This document shows positions 18,868-27,871 of a DNA stretch of 64,000 nucleotides, piece after piece. The notes under the pieces were generated by a model. That model made no database searches, had not been told where the DNA came from, and worked only from the letters and a program-made list of their open reading frames with translations. Each line of letters begins with the position of its first letter. Within the stretch, counting starts at the first letter, position 1. The stretch is from a virus. Taxonomy: Duplodnaviria; Caudoviricetes. The stretch is from the IMG/VR virus record IMGVR_UViG_3300028886_000066, positions 32,001 to 96,000 of that record. The stretch is one strand, 5' to 3'. The translations under genes were made by a program, and so were the position numbers.

Positions 18868-18963
18868 CTATCCGAAAAACAGGATAACAAAGTAAGTCAG
18901 GACAAGCCAGCAGATGCAGCAGATGAAACCGCCACAGAAATCTAAAATCTCTTTTCTATTCAT
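18868..18963 (-). CDS. 31-aa single-TM peptide (not in ORF track)
   Basis: MNRKEILDFCGGFICCICWLVLTYFVILFFG. Confidence 0.55.
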   Translation of the reverse strand: MNRKEILDFCGGFICCICWLVLTYFVILFFG

Positions 18964-19030
18964 AATTTTCGTACTTTGAAATAATTATCGTACTCTGGAA
19001 GTAATTTTCGTACTCCCAGAATTTTCGTAC

Positions 19031-19240
19031 TTACTGATACGCTGCAATCAATTTCCAATCGTTACGGTTTTTCACGTAAACCTGAATCAGAAAAGCGTTC
19101 ACGTCGCGTTTCGCTTCTGCAAAAATCTTGCGGGCGTGTACCTGAGCATCGGCGTGACACTCAAACATTTCACGATGAAAATTAAAACCAGCGGTCAGAT
19201 TCGTGTTCTGAAAATGAATCTCGAACAAATAACTTTTCAT
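19031..19240 (-). CDS. Small hypothetical early protein
   Basis: Leader places start at MKSYLF. Confidence 0.78.
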   Translation of the reverse strand: MKSYLFEIHFQNTNLTAGFNFHREMFECHADAQVHARKIFAEAKRDVNAFLIQVYVKNRNDWKLIAAYQ

Positions 19241-19286
19241 AATCTTTTGAGTTTTTAAGTAAGACAATTAGCTTTCGCCACCTGAA

Positions 19287-19592
19287 TTAACAGGCAGCGA
19301 AATAAAGTTTTCGGTAAGTCTTGAAATCAATTCCGTTTTCTTTCAGGAACTCACAACTCCACCGAAATTCTTTCATAAGAGATTGCAAACGCTCGAAGTC
19401 GCAAAGGAAATCATAAAACTTTTGAAAATCCCTGGACTTTTCAATTCCTAAATTCTGAATCATTGAAAATTCAGCTTCCAAGTCACGCGAAAGAATAATC
19501 AAATATCTTTGTTCGCGCGAATAGTTCTTCACGAAATATTGTGCGGCCTGACTCCGCTGGGAATCAAGCCGTTTTCTATCTTCTGACATCAT
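19287..19592 (-). CDS. Small hypothetical early protein
   Basis: Leader embedded in the end of the upstream ORF. Confidence 0.75.
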   Translation of the reverse strand: MMSEDRKRLDSQRSQAAQYFVKNYSREQRYLIILSRDLEAEFSMIQNLGIEKSRDFQKFYDFLCDFERLQSLMKEFRWSCEFLKENGIDFKTYRKLYFAAC

Positions 19593-19717
19593 AACGCAAG
19601 AGTTTTGATTGTTTCAATACTTTTTGCGCCGCAAATTGCGCACATCATAACGTCACCGAACTTTGCGGAAATCTTTTCAGAAAGTTCCGCGAGCTTGTAA
19701 ATTAAATCGTCGTTCAT
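19589..19717 (-). CDS. 42-aa hypothetical protein (not in ORF track)
   Basis: MNDDLIYK...CAICG; full leader. Confidence 0.65.
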   Translation of the reverse strand: MNDDLIYKLAELSEKISAKFGDVMMCAICGAKSIETIKTLAL

Positions 19718-19747
19718 AATCTTTTGAGTTTTATTGAGTGAATAAAT

Positions 19748-20020
19748 TTAATCTCTCTCAAAGTGCTTTGTTGCAACAAATTCCGTAATTGCAGAAATCG
19801 GATAAACGAATTTTATTCCGTCATCATTCCGAGAAAAATTGCGCCCGACCGCAATCTGTGTGCGGACGATTGAATAAACCTTTTCCAAATCAGAATCTAA
19901 AATGGAATTGTGCCACTCGATTTCAATCTGGAAATCATTTACTTTCTTGATTGATACTCTGTAAAGAGTTACATTCCCGTCGATAGTGTCGATGGAAATA
20001 CGATAAACTTTTGTTTTCAT
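19748..20020 (-). CDS. Small hypothetical early protein
   Basis: First gene of the micro-gene array. Confidence 0.75.
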   Translation of the reverse strand: MKTKVYRISIDTIDGNVTLYRVSIKKVNDFQIEIEWHNSILDSDLEKVYSIVRTQIAVGRNFSRNDDGIKFVYPISAITEFVATKHFERD

Positions 20021-20339
20021 AATTGATAATGTTTAAAATTTATTGAGCTTTAATACGGAATCGAACCGCCGAGAAATTTCTAAAAGAAATCTTCAAACCA
20101 GAATAAAACAAAAAGGAAATGACAAAACGGAAATCTTTTAACCCGTCACTTTGTTTTTCAAAATCTTTTCGGAAAACTTCCGCTTTGTCACTCCAAAAAA
20201 TCTTTTCACGTTTCAACAAAAATGCAAACGCCAAAAAGATTTGCAACGAAAACTCAATTATGAATTTTTCTTTTGCCGTTTTTCGTCGCTTTTTTCGTTT
20301 TCCGCAAATATCACTTTTTAGAATCGGTTGCAAATAAAA

Positions 20340-21290
20340 CGCCGACGGGATCACCCGCCGACGAAACACCACCGCCACCGTCACCCGCCGCCCTGATATG
20401 GGCAGGAGTGAGGAACGGCAGCAGGGCAGCAGGGCAGACCACCCGCCACAAAGGGCAGGCAGGCCACCGCCGCCGCCGCCCTGATATGGGCAGGAGCAAC
20501 ACGACGAAACACGGCCGCCGGGAACATCATGCAGGGCAGGGAAACCGCCGACACCCGGACACCTAAACCCGCCGACCCACGCCGACAAGCCCCCAAGACA
20601 CCGACCCCACCACCGCACAAAAGGCAGCGGGGCAGGCCGAGGAACAACCCGACGCAACCGACGGAGGAACCAGGGCAGCAGGAACACCACCCACACACAA
20701 CGCCCCCAGCGTTTTAGTACACTCCCAGTTACAACCGACAAGACAACCGCCCGCCCTGATAGCAACCAGGAGGAACGGAAACAAGCCCCAGGGCACCCAA
20801 CAACCCGCCGCCACAAAGGGCAGCAGGGCAGCAGGGCAGGCAAGCCAACGCCAACCAGCAACACCGCCACAAGGGCAGCGCACACGATCAGCAAGCCCGC
20901 CACCAATCGACAACCAGGAACACCACCGCAGGAACCACGCAACCACGCCGGGCAATTTTCCGCCAACACCACCGAAACAAAGGGCAGGGAGGGCAGAACA
21001 CACCCAACGCGAACACGCAGCCAAAGGACACCCAAAGGGCACCCACAAGGGCAGCACCAACGCCGAAAGGGCAGGGAGGGCAGGAGCAACCGGGCAGGCT
21101 AAGCCCCGGAAACTCCCTACTTTAAGCAGGATAAGCAGTTACGGAAAGCCCGTCTAAACCGTAACAGTCGATCGTCAAAAAGTAACTTTTGCGCCCTGAT
21201 GAGGAAACGAACCCCAACCGCCTAAAGGCAGGCCACCAGGCCAGAGCAGGAGGCAGGCAGCAGGAACACCGCCCACCCTGATAGGGTGCA
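20340..21290. repeat. GC-rich, T-depleted non-coding tract with polarised GGGCAG repeats
   Basis: 18 GGGCAG on + strand in 20400-21097, none on minus. 24-bp direct repeat at 20385 and 20473. Confidence 0.85.
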
Positions 21291-21291
21291 A

Positions 21292-22371
21292 TTACATCTG
21301 CAATAATTTATCAATAGTAGAGGCCACCGAGTAAGCCCGTGAACGCTCTTTTAACGCGCTCTTAATAGTCCGCGCAATCTTCGCAGGGCAGTTATCAGTA
21401 TCAAGGACGGTAACACCACCTAACGACAAGATAAGATCATTTGCGCCGTTAATACGTGCAACCGCTTTCTCTAAGTTGGCGCGTAGTTGTTTGCGCTCTT
21501 TATGGTCAGAAGTTGAGCTATAGTTATAATCCCGCCTCACGTCTGAAAGTACACGATCCATATCGTAACCCAGACGCTTCGCAAGCCTAACGGCGAGGCC
21601 GATATATGTCGTATAATCAAAGCGATCAGAAGAACGAGCCGCCGACAAACGGCGATTAAATTCCGACACTTCACGAAGCGATAACAGGGCAGCGACAACG
21701 GCAGAAGCAGAAGCCCCAGCCGCGACTGGTACACTATCGACGAAGTCAGAAAGAACAGAGTTAGAACGAACAACCGACACCGACAAGCGCCAAGAATAGT
21801 TATTTAAGCCGTTTTCCCTGATATGGGCAACCACGGCAGCGAACGACATACCAACCAACGAAACAAACTCCTTAAGATAGGAACGACGAATAACAACCAA
21901 CACACGCCCAACGGTACAAGCAGGTGCCGACAAATCTAAACCCGCTTTTTTGGCAGCCCCAGCAACGGCGGCATTTATCATTTCGTCCGACCAGTCGGGG
22001 AACGTAGCCCGAAGGGCGTTTTCTGTTTTCTCTTTTTCCGACCACTCAGGAGCCGCAAAGTTACTAACAATGTCGGCAGACAATTCACGAACACCACGCG
22101 ACAACTTAAAGCCCTCAAAACGCAAGGAACTTTCTAATTTTGCCCGCATATCGAGACGTGCAGCACGACGAGAAGAAGCCGAAGAAGAACCGACACCGAC
22201 AACAGGAGCAGAGTTAACAGAGCCAGAAGCCGCCGAGCCAACACCCGACCCAGCAGGAGCCGACACCGACACACCATTTACAACCATCTGCAAATCCTTT
22301 GCAGATACTTTTTCACTCTTGCGAGATCCGCGAGTTTTGCGGGACATCTCTTTTTTGTTTGTTGTAGCCAT
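21292..22371 (-). CDS. Hypothetical protein (359 aa; S/A/V/R-rich)
   Basis: Long ORF with ATTATG start, near the head of the leftward arm. Confidence 0.75.
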   Translation of the reverse strand: MATTNKKEMSRKTRGSRKSEKVSAKDLQMVVNGVSVSAPAGSGVGSAASGSVNSAPVVGVGSSSASSRRAARLDMRAKLESSLRFEGFKLSRGVRELSADIVSNFAAPEWSEKEKTENALRATFPDWSDEMINAAVAGAAKKAGLDLSAPACTVGRVLVVIRRSYLKEFVSLVGMSFAAVVAHIRENGLNNYSWRLSVSVVRSNSVLSDFVDSVPVAAGASASAVVAALLSLREVSEFNRRLSAARSSDRFDYTTYIGLAVRLAKRLGYDMDRVLSDVRRDYNYSSTSDHKERKQLRANLEKAVARINGANDLILSLGGVTVLDTDNCPAKIARTIKSALKERSRAYSVASTIDKLLQM

Positions 22372-22418
22372 AATAAATAATGATTAAATGATTAATAACT
22401 GATTTACTTATTTATATC

Positions 22419-22619
22419 TTAATACCTTTCGAAAGTATTTATATAACTGATAGAATCCACAAGAGGAGCAACAACCAACAACGCCCAACCGATAAGGGCT
22501 AAATTTGTCCCCGCTAATGTAAGAGGAGTAAACAGACCAGCCGCGATAGCGACACCCAGAAAGGAAACACCACCCAACAGCAGGGAAGCAACCAAAAACG
22601 ATAAATCATACTTTTTCAT
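22419..22619 (-). CDS. Small two-TM membrane protein
   Basis: Two hydrophobic stretches; -7 box about 40 nt upstream. Confidence 0.6.
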   Translation of the reverse strand: MKKYDLSFLVASLLLGGVSFLGVAIAAGLFTPLTLAGTNLALIGWALLVVAPLVDSISYINTFERY

Positions 22620-22658
22620 ATTCTTGAAATTTTTAGTGAATAAACCAATTTAACGCTG

Positions 22659-22910
22659 CAAAGTTACATAATAATAAGGTACGATATTTCCCGAAGATAG
22701 ACAAAAAGAATATAAAGTAACAACTAACAACCACAAAACAAAATAACAACAACAACAAAAAGAAAGTAAAGAAATTTGATAACAAAATAAGAGTATTTGG
22801 GGTGGAGAAAGGAGGAGACAAAAGCCTTATTTTCAGGTATTTACGTCAATTTTCGAGGTGCAAAAGTAACATTATATATAATAAAGTAATAAATCTTTTT
22901 TGCAAAAGTA
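22659..22910 (-). promoter_or_regulatory. Three leftward -7 boxes heading the early arm
   Basis: TAACTTTG at 22659-22666; TACTTTTG at 22861-22868 and 22903-22910. Confidence 0.55.
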
Positions 22911-23073
22911 GGGGGTAACCCCCCGATGCACAAAAGCCGCGGGCATACTGACCCCTTCTCGGAATTTTTTAATTTTTCAAATTTCATTCCGTTAAGATTT
23001 TGACTTAACGTTTTTAACATTCTTAAAGTTTTGAAGAAAAGTTAGTGCATAATGTCGAAAAAATGGTGTAGTG

Positions 23074-23105
23074 TTTGGAGAATGGTTTAAAATGGGGTAA
23101 TTTTG
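23074..23105 (+). promoter_or_regulatory. Promoter for primase-helicase operon
   Basis: TTTG (-33), 20-nt spacer, TAATTTTG (-7). Confidence 0.65.
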
Positions 23106-23193
23106 CGGCAATAGTGTAGTATATGTAGGATAATACTTCATATATAGATGGATTTAAGTATTTGATAAATATAATATTATAAGGGTTTACATA

Positions 23194-24663
23194 ATGGTCA
23201 TGTTATCAGAAAATAATGTACTTAACTCACGTATTATCAGTGACTTACGTGAGTGTATAGATACTACACAGTTAATGCGTGCTTATCAGCATCCTCGGAA
23301 GAATGGCCGTTTATATGGTTATTGTGACGTATTGCGTAGTGCTTGTGGCAAGTGTTTTTACTGGCGTGATGGAGTTGTTTACGTGTTTGACGGCAGGGTA
23401 TGGGTACCGTTTAGTCCCGATGTATTGAAGTATTTGGTTCGCGATGTTTTTGTTGATGTTGCCGGTATTGGTTCTGAAGTTGTGAAGAGTGACTGGGTAG
23501 ACAGTGAGCGGAAGTTATGGGGTTATGCTTTGGATGGTATTATGAGTCATGTATTGGAGTACAATGTGTCGCTGGTAGGTTTCAGCAATGGTGTATGGGA
23601 TTTCAGTGACATGAGTAATCCTGTTCGTCATAGTTTCAGTGAGCGTATGCCTATTACGTCGTTGTTAGGTTACAAGTACGACCCGTCTGCTGTTTGTCCT
23701 GTGTGGTTGAATTTTCTGAAGATGATGTTACCGAGCCAGCGTGACGTTGATATGTTGCAGAAGTTCATGTCGTTAGGGTGCTGTAATCGCGGTTCTCTTG
23801 GCCAGAAGGTTGAGGAGAGTTTATGGTTGATAGGTGATGGTGCTAATGGCAAGACGACGATACAGAATGTCATTCGGATGTTGTATGGTGAGCAGAATGT
23901 ATCATCCATCAGTTTTGATGCTTTGTTGGATAGGTTTGTTGATTCTCGTTTTCGTGCCATTGGAGCCATGGAGGGCAAGTTGTTTAATATGTGTCAGGAG
24001 ATAAGTGGTACTGATATTGAGAAAGGCAGTGATGTGTTCAAGAGTGTTGTGAGTGGTGAAGAGCAGTCTATACGCAGTTTGGGTAAGGACATTCGTACCA
24101 CGAAGGCCATTCCTTATCTTATTTTCTCAATGAACCAGATGCCTTCCAACAAGCGTATGGACAATGCCTTCCGTCGTCGTATTGTTGCGATAAATTTCCA
24201 TTCGAGTGTCAAGCGTGAGGACATGGACAGGGGTTTGCTGATAAAACTGGCTGGTGAGTTGAGTGGTATCAGGAACTGGGTTATTGAGGGTTGGTTCAAG
24301 CTGGTCCGTGACGGTTACTCTATAAAGCCCGTGAAGTCTGGTGACAAGATGAGTTCTGAAGAGATTGAGTGGTGCATCATGAACGGTCAGACCGTTGATG
24401 TGTGGTTGGATCAGTGGGCGTTCATCTACCCATCCCGCCATGTCGGGCATGACGATGAGGTTTGTCTTGAGATTCGTGGTATTGACTTGTATAATGACTA
24501 TAAGTCGTATTGCGAGAATCTCATTCATTGTGAAGAGGATAATCTGAAGGTGTTTGGTACGAACCTTCACGACCGTCTTAACTTCGAGAGACATCGTAAG
24601 GCTCAGGGAGTGTTCTATCGTGTCTATTGTGACAAAGATAATAAGTTTAACGTTAAACAGTGA
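23194..24663 (+). CDS. P4/D5-family SF3 helicase (primase-associated)
   Basis: D5_N-like FSNGVWD...YDPSAVCPVW; Walker A GDGANGKTT; FSMNQMP; AFRRR. Confidence 0.88.
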   Translation: MVMLSENNVLNSRIISDLRECIDTTQLMRAYQHPRKNGRLYGYCDVLRSACGKCFYWRDGVVYVFDGRVWVPFSPDVLKYLVRDVFVDVAGIGSEVVKSDWVDSERKLWGYALDGIMSHVLEYNVSLVGFSNGVWDFSDMSNPVRHSFSERMPITSLLGYKYDPSAVCPVWLNFLKMMLPSQRDVDMLQKFMSLGCCNRGSLGQKVEESLWLIGDGANGKTTIQNVIRMLYGEQNVSSISFDALLDRFVDSRFRAIGAMEGKLFNMCQEISGTDIEKGSDVFKSVVSGEEQSIRSLGKDIRTTKAIPYLIFSMNQMPSNKRMDNAFRRRIVAINFHSSVKREDMDRGLLIKLAGELSGIRNWVIEGWFKLVRDGYSIKPVKSGDKMSSEEIEWCIMNGQTVDVWLDQWAFIYPSRHVGHDDEVCLEIRGIDLYNDYKSYCENLIHCEEDNLKVFGTNLHDRLNFERHRKAQGVFYRVYCDKDNKFNVKQ

Positions 24664-24668
24664 ATGTT

Positions 24669-25124
24669 ATGGAAGAGAAGAAGCGTGTGCGTCCTACGTG
24701 GGCGCAGGTGAGGGAGTTGGAGTCTTTGGTTGGCAGTCTTCGTGAGGAGCTGCGTCTGAGTCAGCGTGAGTTGTCGCTAAGTAGCAAAGGTCATGATGCC
24801 TTGGTTGAGGAGTCCGCTGCGATGAGTGCTGAGATTGTCGAACTCCGCAGGAAGCTGGATGAGCAGATGGAGGGGACGAGCCGACTTGTGAAGGACTGCG
24901 ATGACTGGCGGGAGAAGTACCGCGTATTGTCAGAGAAGTGCGCTGGTCTTGGCGACATTGAGACCCACTGCAAGTCTTTGGAAGATTCCAACGTGGCTTT
25001 GAACAAAGAGCTTGACAAGTACCGTGAGAGTAATGTAGGGCTTGGCAAGAAGTGCGCCGAGCTGAGTGACGAAATCGAAAGAATGAAGTCCCGTGGATTC
25101 TGGGCGCGTGTGTTTAATAAGTAG
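24669..25124 (+). CDS. Coiled-coil protein
   Basis: Heptad pattern; C-terminal RGFWARVF. Confidence 0.75.
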   Translation: MEEKKRVRPTWAQVRELESLVGSLREELRLSQRELSLSSKGHDALVEESAAMSAEIVELRRKLDEQMEGTSRLVKDCDDWREKYRVLSEKCAGLGDIETHCKSLEDSNVALNKELDKYRESNVGLGKKCAELSDEIERMKSRGFWARVFNK

Positions 25125-25128
25125 TGCC

Positions 25129-25356
25129 ATGGAGTCAGGAGACAAGGAGATACTGGCTAAGATTCTCGCCCGCCCCATTGGTGAGGCTGTCTCTCAGTGG
25201 GCTAAGAAGAATGATGTGGATTCCCCTGTCGAGGTCTATGCGGAGCTGAGTACTCCGACGCTGTACCTTGACGAGAACGGTGTCGCTCACAACGGTAATC
25301 TTGTGACTGTGAACGTCACGCTTTCCGATGAGGATGACGATGATGATGAGTTTTAA
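25129..25356 (+). CDS. Hypothetical protein with acidic tail
   Basis: Operon context. Confidence 0.65.
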   Translation: MESGDKEILAKILARPIGEAVSQWAKKNDVDSPVEVYAELSTPTLYLDENGVAHNGNLVTVNVTLSDEDDDDDEF

Positions 25357-25375
25357 CTTTTAATATTATTGTATT

Positions 25376-25606
25376 ATGGCTATTATCCAAGAGAAGAGAA
25401 ATGATGCGCCGCGTCCTGAGACGAGAGAAACGGACTATGGTGCTCAGTATGTGACTGCTGGTACGGAGACTCCTATTGCTCCTGCCGCTGAAGAGAGTGT
25501 CGGGTCTGCTGAGGAGGTTATCACTGCCTCTGAGGTGGAGAGTGTTGTACCTGCCGCCCCTGCTTCGCCGAAGAAGAAGGGTGGTCGTAAGAAGTCTCGC
25601 CGATGA
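25376..25606 (+). CDS. Hypothetical protein with basic tail
   Basis: ATTATG start. Confidence 0.65.
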   Translation: MAIIQEKRNDAPRPETRETDYGAQYVTAGTETPIAPAAEESVGSAEEVITASEVESVVPAAPASPKKKGGRKKSRR

Positions 25607-25758
25607 GTGCTGACGAGATGGAGAGCAGGGTGCTGTTGCTTGAGGAGAAGGTTGATGCCGTTCTTGATGTCCTTGACTGTCTCCTGAAGAAGGTGTACGG
25701 CCCTGAGTTTATGAGTAAGGTGGATAAACTTGCGGCTTATGGCAAAGAAAATGATTAG
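25603..25758 (+). CDS. 51-aa hypothetical protein (not in ORF track)
   Basis: ATGA-coupled MSADEMESRVLLLEEK. Confidence 0.55.
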   Translation: MSADEMESRVLLLEEKVDAVLDVLDCLLKKVYGPEFMSKVDKLAAYGKEND

Positions 25759-26362
25759 TGAGGGTAGCTTGCCTACTATTCCCTACGGAAAGGCCGTTCG
25801 TGTGGGTAACTATAAGTTGTGGCGTGGCAAGTATGTGCTGTCTGGCAAGGAGAAGGCGAGTATCGACTGCATCCATGTGAGCAGTCTTGACGGTACGTGG
25901 ATGACGCGCGTTCCTGCTACGTCTGGTATGTTCACGACCATCTGCAACGGCTATGCTACTACTGAAGATGACCTCCGCGCTAAGTTCCTTGGCACGATAT
26001 TCTCCGATATGTATGACATTTGCAACCGTTCATCAGAGGCTCTTCACGATGCGTTCCATTTCCTGCTGGAGATGATGCAGTTCCCGTATCTTCTCCTGTC
26101 AGAGAAGGAGATGAGCCGTCGGATGAAGAGTACGATGCAGGCGGCTGGCATCGGCAAGGAACAGCAGAAGGAGCATATTGCGAAGATGGTGGAGTACCGT
26201 CGCGGTCTCTACGAGCTGATAGAGCGCAAGAAGGATGCTTTCCTTGAGGCTTACGAGCGTCAGCTTGCGGAAGCCCGTGACAAGGAGTCTGAGAGCCTTG
26301 ATGCGCTGCGCCATGACGAGATAGCGGAGCAGGCTGTTGACATACTGAATGAAACGGAATAG
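25739..26362 (+). CDS. Hypothetical protein
   Basis: Long ORF in operon context. Confidence 0.8.
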   Translation: MAKKMISEGSLPTIPYGKAVRVGNYKLWRGKYVLSGKEKASIDCIHVSSLDGTWMTRVPATSGMFTTICNGYATTEDDLRAKFLGTIFSDMYDICNRSSEALHDAFHFLLEMMQFPYLLLSEKEMSRRMKSTMQAAGIGKEQQKEHIAKMVEYRRGLYELIERKKDAFLEAYERQLAEARDKESESLDALRHDEIAEQAVDILNETE

Positions 26363-26391
26363 TATTCTGTGTTCTTGGTGGATGGATAAAT

Positions 26392-26426
26392 AAGAAGGCG
26401 AGGATTAAACCCCCGCCTTCTTCTTT
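26392..26426. terminator. Bidirectional terminator
   Basis: AAGAAGGCG...CGCCTTCTT between convergent genes. Confidence 0.65.
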
Positions 26427-26989
26427 GCTCTCTCAATCATCGGTGCTGCGTTCCGAATGATGCCGTCCATCTCAACAGGTCTTATCTCCCGCTGCCCCTT
26501 CTCGCTCACCCATTCGTTATAGGCGTAGAACAGCGGGCATTGGTTGCACTTCACGGGGAAGTAGAATCTGAACGAGTCCATCGCCTCGTTGGTGGCGGCG
26601 TCGTTCTTTCGGGTGAGGTCTGCGTATTTCATGAACATCTCGCCCCGCTCCTTTGAGCCTTCAGGCATCTTCTTGGCGATTTTCAGTATCTCCTTTGCCG
26701 TCATCTCATTGTCGATTAGCTCGATGTCTGCTGTGTCGCCTGAGAACTCAAGGATGTTGGCGTTGCTGAGCCTGCGTTTCTCGCACAGTTCCTTGAATGC
26801 CATGCTTGACGTTGTCTTCCTCTTGTTCGCGAGCTGTAGCTGCTGTCCGAGTCCTGCGTATTCCGGGAAGGCGATTGTGAATGCGTCGTTCTCCGTGTAG
26901 CCGATGGATAGCAGGTCTGCCATGACCAGCTCGCCGACGCTTGCGCCGAGCTTTTTTGCTTCTAATTTCTTGTTTGTTGATAGTTCCAT
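26405..26989 (-). CDS. Hypothetical protein, possible terminase small subunit
   Basis: In the packaging block; helical N-terminus; CNQCP. Function inferred from context only. Confidence 0.45.
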   Translation of the reverse strand: MELSTNKKLEAKKLGASVGELVMADLLSIGYTENDAFTIAFPEYAGLGQQLQLANKRKTTSSMAFKELCEKRRLSNANILEFSGDTADIELIDNEMTAKEILKIAKKMPEGSKERGEMFMKYADLTRKNDAATNEAMDSFRFYFPVKCNQCPLFYAYNEWVSEKGQREIRPVEMDGIIRNAAPMIERAKKKAGV

Positions 26990-27000
26990 GATTTGTTATA

Positions 27001-27867
27001 TTAACTGTTTAATGATTTCTCGAATACAGGAACAGCATAGCAGCAGCAGTGTCCGTGGAACTGCGGGAATGAGCCTACGTCATCTATCGTGTGCCATCCT
27101 ACGTGAGAGTCGCAAAGAGTGCATGGGTATGTACTTCCTCTGTTTACAATATATCCTGCCGCTCCTCTTTCTTTGAAGTTAAGGATCTGGTTTTTCATCC
27201 AAGCCATCTGCAGTGTAATCTCTGCAAAGCGTAGTATGTTATTTGCCTCGCTGTTTGAACTGCCTACATTTCCATGCTTAACACCTTTGTCGCGCAGGTA
27301 TTTTGCCTGCATCATAACCGACCGTCTAAATGCCGCTCTTACCTCTGGCATGAGATAGACAGCGTGGAGATTTGACTTCACTTTTGTAATGGCTTGTCCG
27401 ATGTTGACGTTAGCCAGCTTTAGTGATGCGACCATCGCCTCAATATCTCGCATGAACATTCTCAACCTCGACTCCAATGTTTGTTTCAGATTATTGTTTC
27501 CGCCCCCCAGTGCAAGAATCCAAGGAAGCAGTACTCCCCTTCTCTTTTCGCTTTTGGTGCATCGCGTGGCGTAATCGAGCGTAAGGCTAAGGATTTCATC
27601 TTCAAGGTCGTTTAGTACATCTGCTATCTCGCCAAACATCTGTTCGTTGTATTTCTGTGATATACTGAATGTCTTAGGGTCGATGTTGTACCGATAGCAG
27701 ATCCTTGTAATCTTCTCTGCTGCATCTTTAAGCAGCGCATCTATGAGCGCAGAAAGCCCGTGTGCCGCTGACTCTCTGCGCCCGATGTAGTTTTGTGCTG
27801 ACTGAATATCCTTGTCGGTAATCGGCTCGTAAATATCCATCAACTGTAAATCAATGCTTTCCGCCAT
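27001..27867 (-). CDS. Head morphogenesis protein (SPP1 gp7/Mu gpF-like)
   Basis: C-terminal CTLCD...PQFHGHCCC; downstream of portal. Confidence 0.7.
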   Translation of the reverse strand: MAESIDLQLMDIYEPITDKDIQSAQNYIGRRESAAHGLSALIDALLKDAAEKITRICYRYNIDPKTFSISQKYNEQMFGEIADVLNDLEDEILSLTLDYATRCTKSEKRRGVLLPWILALGGGNNNLKQTLESRLRMFMRDIEAMVASLKLANVNIGQAITKVKSNLHAVYLMPEVRAAFRRSVMMQAKYLRDKGVKHGNVGSSNSEANNILRFAEITLQMAWMKNQILNFKERGAAGYIVNRGSTYPCTLCDSHVGWHTIDDVGSFPQFHGHCCCYAVPVFEKSLNS

Positions 27868-27871
27868 AATT

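Larger units (their letters stand above)
9328..19750 (-). repeat. Dispersed conserved intergenic leader (about 24 copies)
   Basis: Coding-strand consensus [GTACGAATTTTA]-TGTCTAAC/TGTTTCAC/TATTCAC-N0-6-AAAACTC-N3-6-ATTATG. Confidence 0.9.

Noticed and set aside
9328-19750. Classical integron attC array
   Set aside because: GTCTAAC fits RYYYAAC, but no paired GTTRRRY brackets the hairpins. The recombinase shows no evident IntI-specific insertion.
20040-21089. 349-aa and overlapping ORFs in the GC-rich tract
   Set aside because: A-depletion on the minus strand removes stop codons; the C/W/V/G-rich translations look artefactual and lack the leader.
9328-21290. CRISPR array
   Set aside because: Repeats are degenerate and separated by whole ORFs or irregular spacing; no cas genes.
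23044-23070. dif site (AGTGCATAATGT...)
   Set aside because: Only a partial XerC-like arm; no TTATGTTAAAT-like XerD arm.
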